A stretch of DNA of 63,411 nt, filler included, from Globobulimina sp. (Eukaryota), in the NCBI GenBank assembly GCA_003354225.1. It is 17 parts of 17 records of this genome, joined end to end, with 100 filler letters (N's around TTAATTAATTAA, not from the genome) between each part and the next. Parts side by side here need not be neighbours in the genome. Positions count along the whole stretch, not along the records: positions 11,224 to 14,863 come from PIVH01002341.1; positions 14,964 to 18,602 come from PIVH01002342.1; positions 18,703 to 22,340 come from PIVH01002343.1; positions 22,441 to 26,076 come from PIVH01002344.1; 13 more parts are not named here. One strand, written 5' to 3'. The notes beneath the pieces are model-generated. The model had not been told where the DNA came from, searched no databases, and saw nothing but the letters and a program-made list of their open reading frames with translations. Of this stretch, positions 11,511 to 23,864 are shown one piece after another; within the stretch, counting starts at the first letter, position 1, and each line of letters begins with the position of its first letter. The position numbers and the translations under genes are program-made.

Positions 11511-14500
11511 ATGACACAGACTGCTTTATTATTCGTGTTCGTGCTGATGTTGGTCACAATCACTAATACTATACAATTATCCCAACAAACTAACGTACGA
11601 TAAGAATGCATTCACATTAAACGAAAAATTAAACATACAAACAAATATAGCATCGGATCCACAGTATTTTGCATCAATGGACGCAGTTAAATCTGCAAAT
11701 CACATTCTTCCCACAACACTCGTCACCGATACTGCAACACATCCAAACTGATATCAAATATACCATTCAAAACCTAACCAAATATATCATGGTTTGTGTT
11801 CTCAACAATCACATCAAATATTATTTCCATTCGTTGCTCGGATATATTCATCCAAACAAAAAAACATTACATACAGATACATCCCCTACAACACTACCAA
11901 CACAACCTCGCCATTCCAGCACACTGCCAATACGAAGGTATCCTATATAGAAGATACAAAAACTATATAATCACAAACACAAATACAAAACCAAGGCATC
12001 CAACATCATATATCATTGAACCAATCAGAAGTAAAACTGTATATCCTCTCCAACCTCAACAATGACGACATTGACATTCATTGTCAACACAAAACAGACA
12101 CATGTCTCTCCACTACAACTGACCGTTTGCTATTCGGCGTAATCAATCTATGCAATATGCGCCATACCAACTACACGCAATACCTCACACACACTATACA
12201 CAAACTGCTCCCTCACCAACACACACAAAACCACCACATCCACACTCACACTCCTTCTCATTCTCGCCATTTACTATCCAGTACAGCAGTGCTTTCGCCT
12301 CAAAACAAAACAGAAATATTGAGCGAAATCAACGTGCTGCGCTCCGAAGGGGCAATGGGCAATATCGAGTTGGGCAGTTCCGGCCTATTCCCCTTCATGC
12401 GATCCACCAGAATGGAGGCATACATCTGGGACGATGCCTTGATGGATTCTGCAATGCTAAAAGCCTCCACTTGCGATGTTGCGACCCCTTCTTTGAATGC
12501 TACACTGTCCATCTCATACATTGCCAATCCATCGCGTATACCCATAGTGGATGCCAGCATGACTTATGTTGGCGAGATATTGTTCAATGCGACGCAGTCA
12601 CTCAACTTCAACAATGCCATTGATGAAGCTTTGGAGGGCTGGAAGGAAGATTGCAAGTTGTTGGATTATACGAACATTGGCTGTTTGGCCGCGGCTCCGT
12701 CCATCCAACATTGTGATAATTGCAGACGATGTTAGTTAATTTTATATTGTATACATGTGAACGTTTGAAAACAGTATTTTGTGTTGCAAAGTGTTGGCAG
12801 AAACAGCGAGATATATTGGTTGCGGCTTTAGTGATTGCGGCGGAGGCTCCATTGCCGTGGTATGCCATATATATTACAGTACCAATATACATAACTTAGC
12901 CTTTCCTAATCCGGGATTTGTGCCGTATTTTTCGCCGGGCGGTGGTGGTCCGGTGCAATGTACGAATTGTCCATTTGATAGGAATCAGAGTTGTGACCCG
13001 TTGGAAGGACTTTGCAGAGGCTGTGCCTCGTTGAATTATGAAGCTTGTGAAGTTTAGTTTTTTTCTGACCTTTTGTAATCCTTAGAAACGTTTTTTGTGT
13101 TTATACAGTTTGGCAATGACGGCGTTGGATCGTTTTGTCCACCGTTACCTCCGGAGTTGAATTGTTCTGAGACTGGGGTTACAACTGCAGCGCCAACAAT
13201 GTCTCCTACACTGGCACCCACATTTTCTCCTACAAACACGATTGGTAAGTTATTTATTTCTCTCTTTGTGACATTGTTCATGGCTGTCATGGTCAAAGTT
13301 ACTGGAAAACTTTGCAAGTAAACATGCTTAAAATGAAAATGTTATAAGGCGTTTTGGATATAGCGGATTTATTGGATAATGTGATCAACTTCAAACGGAG
13401 ACGTGTGGCGCAAGGACAGGTGATCAATTTCCCTGGCTCTGCGGTTGGTGTTCGTGCGACAAATATGGAGTCGTTAATATGGGATGAATCGCTATCCATT
13501 ACTGCTACAAATATATCCCTGCGATGTGACAATTTACACACAAATACCACCGAATTAGGCAGGTTATATAGGGATACATTGACTGCAATGGGTACGAATT
13601 CGCGTGTTATTGTCAGCTCTGACAGCTCCAACATATTTGTGGGAGAGACTATGCATATTATTGCAGAGTGGACTGATGCGAATAACGCCGCAGCGCAAGC
13701 ATTTGATAGCTGGGAGAATGAATGTGATCGCTTTAATTTTGCATTGAATTGCAGTGGATCTGTATCGGACCCTATATTATGTCGTAACTGTCTGCAATTA
13801 GTATGGAGCAAATCGAGATATATTGGCTGTGGCTTGACTGGCTGTCCAGTGATAAATAGCGTGACTGATCCAGGCATAGATGTGTATAATTCTATATTAT
13901 TTGTGTGCCATTGGTATTGGGGAGCAGATATATTCAATTTCAGCGGAAATACGAACTGGTTACGGCCATTTTTGCACAGTGGAAGTGACGACTTCTGCCA
14001 AGAAATGCCATTTTTTGTTGCGGGATGTAACGATACTGCACGCAATGGATGTGATGATGGATTATGTGATGGCTGTCCACGTTAAGTATCTATCTTTCAT
14101 TCATTTTGCATCGTTATATATTGAAATGAATCTCATAGATGATAATTACCATCAATGTACCACGGATATTGCCTTCAACCAACAGGAATTTGGCAATGAA
14201 GGGTGCCCATTGGAACCGATACAGCACACATGTACGGATGGTGTAACTCCTACATTTTCACCCACTGCATCACCTACATTCACTGAGCCAGATTTAAATA
14301 ACGTAATTGGGATCGCAAATGCTTTCAGATCGCAAATTGTTAAGTGAATATCAGCTACGTTTTCTTGCCCAAAAACAAAACATTATTTCTCGTGTTATGT
14401 AGGCGAGTGGCGATATTCCAGCAGCAAATATGCAAGCTTTTGTATGGCATGAACCGTTGGCGCAGTCTGCATATTGTACCGCAGCAACCTGTGATATAAC

Positions 14501-14863
14501 CCCCACTGACGTTGATGTATTAGCTCGCAGGTTCCAACAAAGTACCACTTTGACCGTCAGTACGAATGTCGATAACATAATCATTGGCGAGCTTAGATTC
14601 ATTTCGCTCAATTGGATCAACGCTGAAACTTCACTCATTGTTCAGTTCACTCTGTCACATGTTTTTTATTTCATTTTAACATTGTTATTATACATAGGAA
14701 GCATTGACATCATGGTTTGACCAATGCACGCAGCAAAATTATACATTTAACGTAGGTTGCTGTAAAGGAACGTGTTCTATATTTGAGTGTAGTGCGTGCT
14801 TACAAATGATATGGGCACAAACGAGATATATTGGCTGTTCATATGATTCTTGTTTGAGTATGA
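11511..14863 (+). CDS. Large secreted multi-exon protein with at least three CAP/SCP domains separated by Cys-rich and PT-rich linkers, 3' partial
   Basis: Signal peptide MTQTALLFVFVLMLVTITNT; three repeats of N..R.....M....W...L...A...C...GE...W...C...RYIGC; ORF pieces separated by short GT-AG introns. Exon limits are approximate, and linkage of the first exons to the CAP exons is inferred. Confidence 0.75.
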
Positions 14864-14963
14864 NNNNNNNNNNNNNNNNNNNNNNNNNNNNNNNNNNNNN
14901 NNNNNNNTTAATTAATTAANNNNNNNNNNNNNNNNNNNNNNNNNNNNNNNNNNNNNNNNNNNN

Positions 14964-16070
14964 GCGGTGCGAAACTGCGTTGTCCGCGACGATCAACAAA
15001 TTGAATACATCCGACCGAAAAAAAAAAGAAAAAAACTGGACAAAAATAACACCGACAAAGACATCCATAACGACACCAATACCAACAGCAATACGGCAGC
15101 CTCCCTCTCCATAATAACTGCCATGAAAAAAAACAAAGACTACGAAAAAAGATCCACCACAAAAATTGTCAACAAAGCACCGGGCACTGCCAAAAAAATA
15201 AAAAAAAAACCAAGAACCAAAGGCAAAACCAAAAATAACGTGTTTGGCTCACGGCCATTGATTGAACAAAAAGCAACGCAAAACTCCATGTACGCCAATA
15301 TGGCGTTGACGGCGCAAGAAAAATATTTACAAAGCCAATACCTATCAATCCAACAAATATTGTCTAAACACAAAAGCCGCACTAAAAACGAAAGCAGAGC
15401 CATGGATTTAGACATATCCATCGAAGAGGCCATCGGCAATAATTTAACCTGTCAGTCATCGTCAAATATAATATTAGAACCCGGACAATCCCAAAGCAAC
15501 AACGCTCCAAATCCACAGCAAAAAGCCATCGGTTTTGGCGAAACCTTCGTAAAATTGTCCACGCAGTACATCGCTCAACAAAACCTGTCCTCCGCCTTCA
15601 CCAATGACAAAAAGACCGGCATTGACATTGATTATTACTTCGACAACAACGAGCGAGGTAACCCACGCAATCGCAACCAGAAAATGGCAGCAAATCAGCA
15701 AAAAGCCATTGCGAAATTGAAGCGATTGGGTGACACTCAAATCGGCACTGTGAATAAAAAAAACACAAGCAATGCGAAAAAACAGTTCAGTATCAAACGC
15801 AGGAAACAGCCCAACAAAAAAATAATGAACGTGTCGGTGAAAAAGAAGGGCAAAGTACGGGAAGAGCTGAATAATATCGCTTTTGATGTGCTGCAGGATG
15901 ATGCTGTGGACGATAACGCCAATGAGATCTTAGCAAATGTAGAAAAAGCAGAGTTAGCGCTGCAATTCGCATCGGATAAACGATCGTCGCAGTTAATGAT
16001 GGGAATAAAAAACGAAAATTGGAAAATGCCGAAATTGATGAAAATTCAGAGAACAAACGGAAAAAATTGA
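14964..16070 (+). CDS. Lys/Asn-rich low-complexity protein, 5' partial
   Basis: 367-aa ORF with NLS-like basic clusters; coding-like sequence continues in another frame after ~15985. Confidence 0.55.
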   Translation, partial: AVRNCVVRDDQQIEYIRPKKKRKKLDKNNTDKDIHNDTNTNSNTAASLSIITAMKKNKDYEKRSTTKIVNKAPGTAKKIKKKPRTKGKTKNNVFGSRPLIEQKATQNSMYANMALTAQEKYLQSQYLSIQQILSKHKSRTKNESRAMDLDISIEEAIGNNLTCQSSSNIILEPGQSQSNNAPNPQQKAIGFGETFVKLSTQYIAQQNLSSAFTNDKKTGIDIDYYFDNNERGNPRNRNQKMAANQQKAIAKLKRLGDTQIGTVNKKNTSNAKKQFSIKRRKQPNKKIMNVSVKKKGKVREELNNIAFDVLQDDAVDDNANEILANVEKAELALQFASDKRSSQLMMGIKNENWKMPKLMKIQRTNGKN

Positions 16071-16394
16071 ATGATAATAATGTGGAGAAAGTCAAAGCAG
16101 ATAGCAAACCTTTAAAATCACGTAAAGCTTTATTAAAGAAAATATGCCCACTCATACGATTTGGATTGATGACTGCATCTTATTTTGCAAAAAGTTAAGA
16201 AGGAAAATTGTTTAACAACCGAAGAGATTGCGGCTGTTTTATGTCATATTGCAGATAAAAATGAAACGTGTGGCAAATTCCTAACTAAAAACAGGAATGT
16301 GACAGTACCAGCACCAGTACCGACATGTGTCATTTGTGGTATGTGTAAAAAAGACCCGCTGCCTTATTGTCAGTCTGGTCGTCATTACTATTGA
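15985..16394 (+). CDS. BACK-like C-terminal fragment (BTB/BACK family), out of frame with the upstream ORF
   Basis: Manual translation ...RKALLKKICPLIRFGLMTASYFAKKVKKENCLTTEEIAAVL..., resembling the IRFPLM BACK motif. Confidence 0.5.
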
Positions 16395-16627
16395 AACAAG
16401 TGTTTCCTGCATACAACAAAAACTAATCTCGCATTACTTTGAATATTGCAATGTCTATCAATATTGATAAATATTAGCAAATGTAATTAATGAACAACAT
16501 TTGTTAATGTAAGCTTCATCATAAGTCCAACAGAAAGAGAATTTAAAGTAAAATTAATAGGGTGAAAGTTAGAATGAAAGATGTTGACTGTTTTTCTGCT
16601 TAAATTTTGAAAACCTCGCAGCTTTGC

Positions 16628-17725
16628 ATGGACGTGAGCTCTTTCCTTGAAAGTGATGATGATAATAACGCTAATGAAGTCAATGAGGATGATTATAATA
16701 AAGTCAATTTTATTCGAATTCCATGGGAAGGACCCCCACCAAAAATATTGGTACACAAATCTGTAACAAATTCACCATTTAACGATGAAACCAATGATGA
16801 TGAAATGGAATGTGTTAGAAAAATCTGGTTTTGCCGCGATATAAAAGACTCAAGAAAAAGAACACTGAAAGTCTGGGACTTGCCATTGACATGGAACAAT
16901 CTCAACATTCGTAAAATATTTAGCATCTTTGGCGAGATTCGATCCGTTTCATTGCAAAACCAGAGTAACATTATCGACAGACATTGCTTAATCCGCTTTA
17001 AACAGTCATCAAAAGTAGATTTTGCAATGAATTATGATTCGAGCTCAATAATTCAACCACTGATACATGGCTCCATTGGATTGGGAATCAAGAAATATTT
17101 AATCAAATACATCCAAACCCGGCCTCATAATATCAATCAATTACAAAGACAGGTTGATAAATTCATGGCTGCTTTTGACAAATTGCAAGATGCAAAGCGA
17201 GAAAAGCAGAGAAAACAACCGCGGAGACATCGGGGTTGGATTCAATTTCGCGGAAAAGATGGGTTTACCTCAGTGCATTATCCAAATAAATTTGAAAGGA
17301 AAAAGCACAGAGCGTATAGACTCGTAACAGATGCAGATAATGTTAGGAGCAAAGGCAATGCCAATGTGGATGGGTATGGTCGAGCCATTGGTGCAGGAAA
17401 AATGAATAAAATAAACCCAAATGATACCTTTAATGCTCCGCCAGAGAAAAAAGTGTATAATAAGGCAAGAAAGAAACAGTATTATAAAATGAATCGCATT
17501 CAAGACATTTATAAGATTAACGAAACGAAAAGATTTGAAAAACAGAGTAAAGCAAAAGAAGTGATTAAAACCCAAATGCGCGGGGAACGCAGTAAGCGAA
17601 GTCGGGAAAGATTAAGTATCGCTGCGTCGAGATTAAGAGAATCTTTTCGGACAAAACGACTTTGGAAAACAGATCTGGCGCACACCACAAATTTTAGGAG
17701 AAATAGGAAATTTAAACCAAACTAA
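16628..17725 (+). CDS. RRP7: Ribosomal RNA-processing protein 7 homologue
   Basis: RRM-like RTLKVWDLP...IFSIFGEI...CLIRFK, then GIKKY...LQRQVDKFMAAFD...DGFTSV and C-terminal RKFKP. Confidence 0.75.
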   Translation: MDVSSFLESDDDNNANEVNEDDYNKVNFIRIPWEGPPPKILVHKSVTNSPFNDETNDDEMECVRKIWFCRDIKDSRKRTLKVWDLPLTWNNLNIRKIFSIFGEIRSVSLQNQSNIIDRHCLIRFKQSSKVDFAMNYDSSSIIQPLIHGSIGLGIKKYLIKYIQTRPHNINQLQRQVDKFMAAFDKLQDAKREKQRKQPRRHRGWIQFRGKDGFTSVHYPNKFERKKHRAYRLVTDADNVRSKGNANVDGYGRAIGAGKMNKINPNDTFNAPPEKKVYNKARKKQYYKMNRIQDIYKINETKRFEKQSKAKEVIKTQMRGERSKRSRERLSIAASRLRESFRTKRLWKTDLAHTTNFRRNRKFKPN

Positions 17726-17872
17726 CAATAACATTTTTAATTAAACGTTGAATTAAGTTGATGCTTAACACATAATTTGTGTACATGTTTCAAATGTTAT
17801 TGTGTTTTCTATACAAAAAAAAGAATTTATAATCTAGAATCAAGGTCACTTTTCAATATTTTTTGATCCTAT

Positions 17873-18602
17873 TTATACTTCTTTTGGTGGATCTTTTTTA
17901 TCACTAAATCGCCCAACACAACAATATATATTGAACATGGCAAATATAAGTACTCCAGCAATTCTATTCATTGCTTTCCTTGTGCTTGGATTGTATGGAT
18001 TGGCGGCTTGTTTATACATTAACCCAATTAAGACATTGGTCATTCCAGCTAACAATGCAAAGAATCCTGCTCTTTTATGCAACGGTTTTAATGTCCCTCT
18101 CATCTTTCCGCCCTGTCCCGCGACATACATTGTAAAACCACCTAAAAAATTCAACACTAATAAGGTCATTGCTGCATAGCCAACCACTGCATGGACGGAT
18201 TTAATCGGTGCCCATTTGTTATAATCAATTGCCATTCCTATTATTGTTATGCATGCATTACCGCAGAAGCGGAGAAACAAATTATAAATGTTATAGTTTA
18301 ACATACCAACACCACCAATACCGGCTAATAATGATAACGTATTTAAATAATTATGTATGTCTTTATTTGTGTGTCTGTCCAATGGCCACATTTCAAATGT
18401 AGTCAGGGATGGAGCCATCAATAAACAAAAGGAGGTGGTCATTGCCATTGCATGCGAATTTATATATCCTTTTGGATGAAAGGGTTTGTCAGCGGCTCGG
18501 AACGAAATACCACCCACTTTTTCCATGTTGGTCCATAAATATATTAAATATGCTGCTAATACAGATGATGATACACCTAATACACCGCACACATAACGAA
18601 AT
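17873..18602 (-). CDS. Cytochrome b561 family protein, 5' partial (in-frame 69-nt intron 18238-18306)
   Basis: Four heme-ligand His in TM context: SHAMAM, DIHNYLN, SVHAVVG, PLHKRAG; GTATGT...AATAG intron reads through in the ORF track. Confidence 0.85.
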
Positions 18603-18702
18603 NNNNNNNNNNNNNNNNNNNNNNNNNNNNNNNNNNNNNNNNNNNNTTAATTAATTAANNNNNNNNNNNNNNNNNNNNNNNNNNNNNNNNNNNNNNNNNN
18701 NN

Positions 18703-19641
18703 ATCATAATGAGAACGATGTATTTGTACCTAAAGTAGGAAACGATGGTCGCAGACATCATATTTGTACACGTTGGTGTCAACAAGATAAAGTTTTGTGT
18801 TTATATAATTATATATTTTATTATTGATTGATTGTATAATGTATATTAATATTATTTTTATTGTATAATGACAGGATATGGATCCTCAGGCTTGGTTTGC
18901 TGATCATGGCGAAAAAGAAATAAAATCAAAACCTGTTGACAGATCTGATCCATTTTATGTTGAAATGATAAATAGAAAAAAATGTATGATTTTAGGTAAT
19001 TTCCAAGTGATTGATAGAGAGTTAAGAGAAAAAAATGAAAATTTAAATGGTGATGCTTTAAATGTATATAAAAATGCTAAAATTAAAGAAGTGGCAAATA
19101 AATTCAAAGAAAATAATGAATATTTAACATATGGGCTTGAAGCAAATGGATTATATCGATTTGCTGATATCGATAATAATTTTGAATTTGGCGATTATAG
19201 CCCAGCACATCGATGCATTGCTATGTGGGTTGATGACAATGGTAACGAACATGAAGATTGGTTAAACTTTATCCATATTACTCATTATATAACCCAGCAT
19301 CTGATGGTGATATATGTTCTGTTTATTGGCATGTCAATTTTCAATTACGTGGTTTTGGAAGAATGACAACTGATGAAATGATGGAGAAAGTTAATAAATA
19401 TGGCACTGAACATACATTTTGGACCATGGCTACCATGTTTAAAGTATTTGGAATCTGCGGTATCAAGAAAATAGATGAACAATTTTATAAATTACGGAGA
19501 ATGTATAATTATTTAGTTCCTGGATTTGTAAATCAAGTTAATAAACAAAATAAATTATGTGGCGTGGATATGACAGTGCCACTTCCTATAACTCAATTGA
19601 TATTAAAATATTATCCTTTTGTTTCAGGTGAATTAAGTTAA
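18703..19641 (+). CDS. Hypothetical protein, 5' partial, one intron (~18792-18874) and an apparent 1-nt frameshift near 19260
   Basis: Overlapping ORFs 18878-19366 and 19258-19641 read as one protein if a G is added at GATTGG|TTAAA. Confidence 0.45.
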
Positions 19642-20064
19642 TTTAGTTCATTGCCCAATATATATTTTTTATTATCAAAACTTTGACTTTGGGATTGTTT
19701 GATAATAAAGAGAATTATTGAAAACAGTATGCATGTATTGAATAAAACAAATATAAAATTTATAAATCAGATAAAAAAAAAGCTGTTTTTAATCTTAGTA
19801 AGAAATCAATCACTTCACAACAGTGAAAACTCGTTTATAGCTATAGTGCTATTATTCTCTCGTTGCCAATATCAAGCTAGCCCCCATACACCGTACGTTT
19901 TCATTAATATTATATATACTTTTCCTGTAGATTGGTTCGGAGGGATTAGTTTTTAGACGTATTATATCCTATGTATTGTTATCACCATCCCCTGGTGTGC
20001 CAGGATAATCTAAAAACGGATCCCTCTAAACCAAAGTGCGGGAAAGTAAACAATATCCCGTGAT

Positions 20065-21006
20065 ATGGAAACAAGAGAAGAAGAGCTCGGTCCGTTGGAA
20101 ATGCCGGGCAAAATTTGTAATGTAACATTTATATCGATTTATGTGATTCTCTTTGCATGGCACACCTTTACTGGATTCAAAACTTTACAAAAAAAAGGAT
20201 CATTACAATTCAAAAAAATGGTTAAAAAGCATCCCTCATTTTGTTTAACGATTTTCTTACTAATTAATGGTTTAGCAATTGAGATGTTTTTTTCTTTTGA
20301 GATTTGGGGGTTATTCTCAGATTGCCGCTTCCTATCATATTACGAATCGACCAGTTACCAATTGTTCAAATATATGTTATACTTTGTTCTTATCGTCAGA
20401 TCGCATGAATGTTTCCGAGACACTGTCATTGAGTTTAAACCAAAGTTATTAAAGTTATTGCTTATTATATTAACAATTTGGGTAATTATTAATGTCATCA
20501 TCATGAATATCACAAATGATCCACAATGGAATGGATCTGTGTGTATACAAGAAATACCTCAGTCCGGTTGGATAGTAATGATTATTTTGGATGTTATCGC
20601 TTTAATTGGTAATGCTTATTTATTTTGCACGCCATTGATTAAACTCAGTAAACTATTTAAACATGATAGGAACACTACGGATTTAACAGATTTAGCAAAA
20701 AAACAATTTATTTTGTCGTTCAGTGCTGTCTTATCAACAATAGTCACATTTATTTGTATGGCATTGTGGGGAGAACAGGGTGAAGGCATTTTTGTTGGCG
20801 CAGATGTTCTTATTTCAACATATTGCATTCTCGCTATGTACCAATGGAATAAGTTTTGTTGGTGCAATTGCCAGTGTTTATTATACCCAACAAAATGGAT
20901 AAAATCACGAAATGATGTCAGCAATTTAGAAGGAAATATCAAAAGAGTGGCAAGTGATCCTGACATTGAAATCACAGTCGATGAACAACCTAATACAAAG
21001 ACATAA
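20065..21006 (+). CDS. Orphan seven-transmembrane (GPCR-like) protein
   Basis: About seven hydrophobic helices, Cys before TM3 and in ECL2, R at end of TM3, Cys-rich tail. Confidence 0.75.
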   Translation: METREEELGPLEMPGKICNVTFISIYVILFAWHTFTGFKTLQKKGSLQFKKMVKKHPSFCLTIFLLINGLAIEMFFSFEIWGLFSDCRFLSYYESTSYQLFKYMLYFVLIVRSHECFRDTVIEFKPKLLKLLLIILTIWVIINVIIMNITNDPQWNGSVCIQEIPQSGWIVMIILDVIALIGNAYLFCTPLIKLSKLFKHDRNTTDLTDLAKKQFILSFSAVLSTIVTFICMALWGEQGEGIFVGADVLISTYCILAMYQWNKFCWCNCQCLLYPTKWIKSRNDVSNLEGNIKRVASDPDIEITVDEQPNTKT

Positions 21007-21177
21007 TGTTTCTTATCTATTTTTTTCTAGTGTATATATAATATCGCTCTAGTGTGTATACAGTGATATGTTTAGATAATATCACTCTTTATATATTTTT
21101 ATTTTTTTGTGTATGTACATAAAAACAAGTACATAAACAAATAAAAATATGTAAAATATTATTTTATTTTGTTTTTG

Positions 21178-21243
21178 GTGTTTGCGTGTTTATGTTTTTT
21201 TGTGTTTTTAGTGTTTGCGTGTTTATGTTTTTTTGTGTTTTTA
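21178..21243. repeat. Perfect 33-bp tandem duplication
   Basis: GTGTTTGCGTGTTTATGTTTTTTTGTGTTTTTA twice. Confidence 0.9.
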
Positions 21244-21442
21244 GAAACACTTTCTTGTGTCAGATCATATTTCAATATCCGGTATCGTAATGAAAGAAGT
21301 CTGGCATATCTATACTAGATTACCAGTAAACAAAGAATGCTCTTTCCAGAGAAACACTACCAAGATCCTATGAAGAATTTCTAGAATCTGATAGTTCCTG
21401 AGGTATACAAAAATTTTGACTTTAAAAATTTCAGTCAATAAC

Positions 21443-22340
21443 ATGCTAAATTCAAAGAACCAAATCCAACAATTGCAGCAGACATATCAAACAGCAGAAA
21501 GCAAATGGAAAAGCTCAGAATCTGAAAAACATGAGTTACAAAAGGAAATCAACGTTTTGCGGGATGAATATGATAGATTTAAGAAAGAGCAAAGCAATAT
21601 AAATAAACGGTTGCTTGAACAATTGACACAATTTCAAAGTGAATTGGATCGCACAAAGCCACAGATCGTTACAAATAAAAAAAACAATCAGCAACAAATA
21701 AAACAAGTTCCAAGCAAAATAAAACCATTACAGCAAGATTGTCAAACTAAACAACTGGATTTAAACAATGATTTATTATCGGATTCGTCACAAAAACGTG
21801 AAGAAAGTGCACATAAAAACTCGTTATCGAAGAACATTCAAACAATAAAAAGTAGTCTGTATAAGGTTTACATTTCTGTGAAAAACGGCTTATGGCACCA
21901 CATATATTTGTCGTGTTTTGTAGCAATTCTATTAATTTATATCGTAGCTGTCTCAATATGTGATAATATATCGCCTGCAGCACAAACTTATGTATCACCG
22001 GAACAAATTGCAATTCTTAGCATCGCCTTAGTGCTGGAATGGGTCATTGTGATCGTACAAAGCGGCATGCTTTTTAGGTATATATTTCTGGCCGATATGG
22101 AACCAATTTTGTGCTTGTATTTAAGTAAAATCGTGGCATTTTCCAATATTTATTTATTAATGTTCGCAATTACGGAATCTGTATTTTCTCTGCCCACTGA
22201 TTTGAGATTAACGGCAAATAAAAACCCATTCTCCATAAAACTGGCAGCCTCATTTATAACATACAGCGTTTCGTGTCAAACATTAACAGGAATATCGTCA
22301 ATATCTCCCAAAGCAGCGTCGGCTGAGATGTTTACCGCAA
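21443..22340 (+). CDS. Coiled-coil plus membrane protein with ion-channel (Ion_trans_2-like) pore region, 3' partial
   Basis: Gln/Lys coiled coil, 3 TM helices, then FITYSVSCQTLTGISSISPKAASAEMF aligning by eye to YFSxxTLTTxGYGDIxP. Confidence 0.6.
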
Positions 22341-22440
22341 NNNNNNNNNNNNNNNNNNNNNNNNNNNNNNNNNNNNNNNNNNNNTTAATTAATTAANNNN
22401 NNNNNNNNNNNNNNNNNNNNNNNNNNNNNNNNNNNNNNNN

Positions 22441-23307
22441 TGTCGCCGTATCTATATTTAAAATGTACTCTTTTTCTTCGCTCTCAAAATCTGTGTTGTC
22501 TGAGTTTGTGCTAATTGTTCGGTCTAAAATGCCAGATTTATAGCCCAAATCACTTACATTTATTCTTCTTACACTGCTCCGATCACTGAAATTGAGCGAC
22601 ATAGCTTTCGATGTACTTTTATAGATATTCCAGTGATGCCAAAACGACTCCGGTGTATAGTTAAAAATTGTCTGCACTCTCTTTTTCAGCAAACGATCAA
22701 TTTTGACATATTCACGAAATAATTGTAATTCCGCGACATTGGCTAATTGCACTAAAATCTTTTTCGGTGCGATTAATGCTAAATTATTCCATAAATGTCT
22801 CAATTTCTTTGATTGCGTACAATTCTGTTCTCTCAACGCCGCTTTTTCTTTTTTAATTAACTGACTGCTGAATCTTCTAAGAATGGCTGCGTGCGCTTTC
22901 TTAGATTTCTTTGTTGTAACTACAGTTTCGCATATTTTTACATCTAATTTAAATGGATCATAATAATGTAATTTGCAAATGTCATAGAAATCGATATGAT
23001 GTGTTTTCCATAAAAGTTTGCGACCGCAATTTCTATATAATTTATAAATTTGCCACACTGCTTTGCTGAATTTAATACTGACTCCAAAGATTAATCTATG
23101 ATGTTTTGAAGAGAAATTACAATTTGTGGTGTTCTGTGATGAGTGTACTCGTATAAATGATGACGCTGTCGACCGATGAGGCAGAGCTCTAAAATTGGTC
23201 CCCATACATGACTGCTTGATCTGTGCCCTATTTCTAAGGTATAAACTGGTAAAAGATCGCACGTGAGGCCCAAATCGGTTGATCCTAATTCTACACGTTC
23301 TATCCAT
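22441..23307 (-). CDS. Putative N-terminal region of a second PLE ORF, 3' partial
   Basis: Basic helical protein with KLLWKTHHIDFYDICKLHYYDPFKL resembling the PLE N-terminal K..HH..FL..C....P..L motif; begins ~100 nt after the hammerhead. Confidence 0.6.
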
Positions 23308-23409
23308 AAAGGACTGAGATTATTTAATATGAGATATATAAAACAATATTATATAAATATAAACAAAGATTATAGTGTGAATTAGTTGAATCTTAGAAAT
23401 GAATAAGTT

Positions 23410-23451
23410 CACTGAGCTTTCGGCTATCGTAAAGAAGCCATTGTCAAAGTG
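23410..23451 (-). ncRNA. Minimal type I hammerhead ribozyme, U3-A8 core variant
   Basis: Minus strand CACT-TTGACAA-T-GGCT-tctttacgat-AGCC-GAAA-GCTC-AGTG: stem I CACT/AGTG, core UUGACAA, stem II GGCT/AGCC, GAAA, palindromic AGCT stem III, CUC cleavage triplet. Confidence 0.8.
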
Positions 23452-23864
23452 TTTTAAATTGAAATTTATTGTTCAATCACAAAAAAACTACAAAACTCAA
23501 ACAAGTAAAAAACCACAAGACAACACGTGAAATATTGAATATATAATATAAAAATGCAAATATAATTAATGAATCATACAAAGTGATTCGTTTAAATAGA
23601 ATTATTTCAATAAAAAATAAAAATAAAAACAAAAATCCGAAACCAAAATTGAAATAATATAATAATCATAAAACACAATACTTCGACAATGTTAATCTAT
23701 AAAAAGTAACATAATCAGTACTTGGGGACTTAGAAGACAGTAAAAATTAATTAAATTAACATTACCGCTACGCCCCTACTAACAACATACCATAATATAG
23801 ATACAAAACCTTGTAATAAAATAGAATATAAAATATAAAACAATGTAACAAAACTGTAAAACTC

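Noticed and set aside
23130-23200. GATGAG-containing segments as additional hammerheads
   Set aside because: On the antisense strand and lacking a correctly placed stem II plus GAAA.
23313-23412. Possible 5' UTR intron (GTGAAC...CTCAG) before the second PLE ORF
   Set aside because: The donor is weak and lies one base from the predicted ribozyme cut; unsupported without transcripts.
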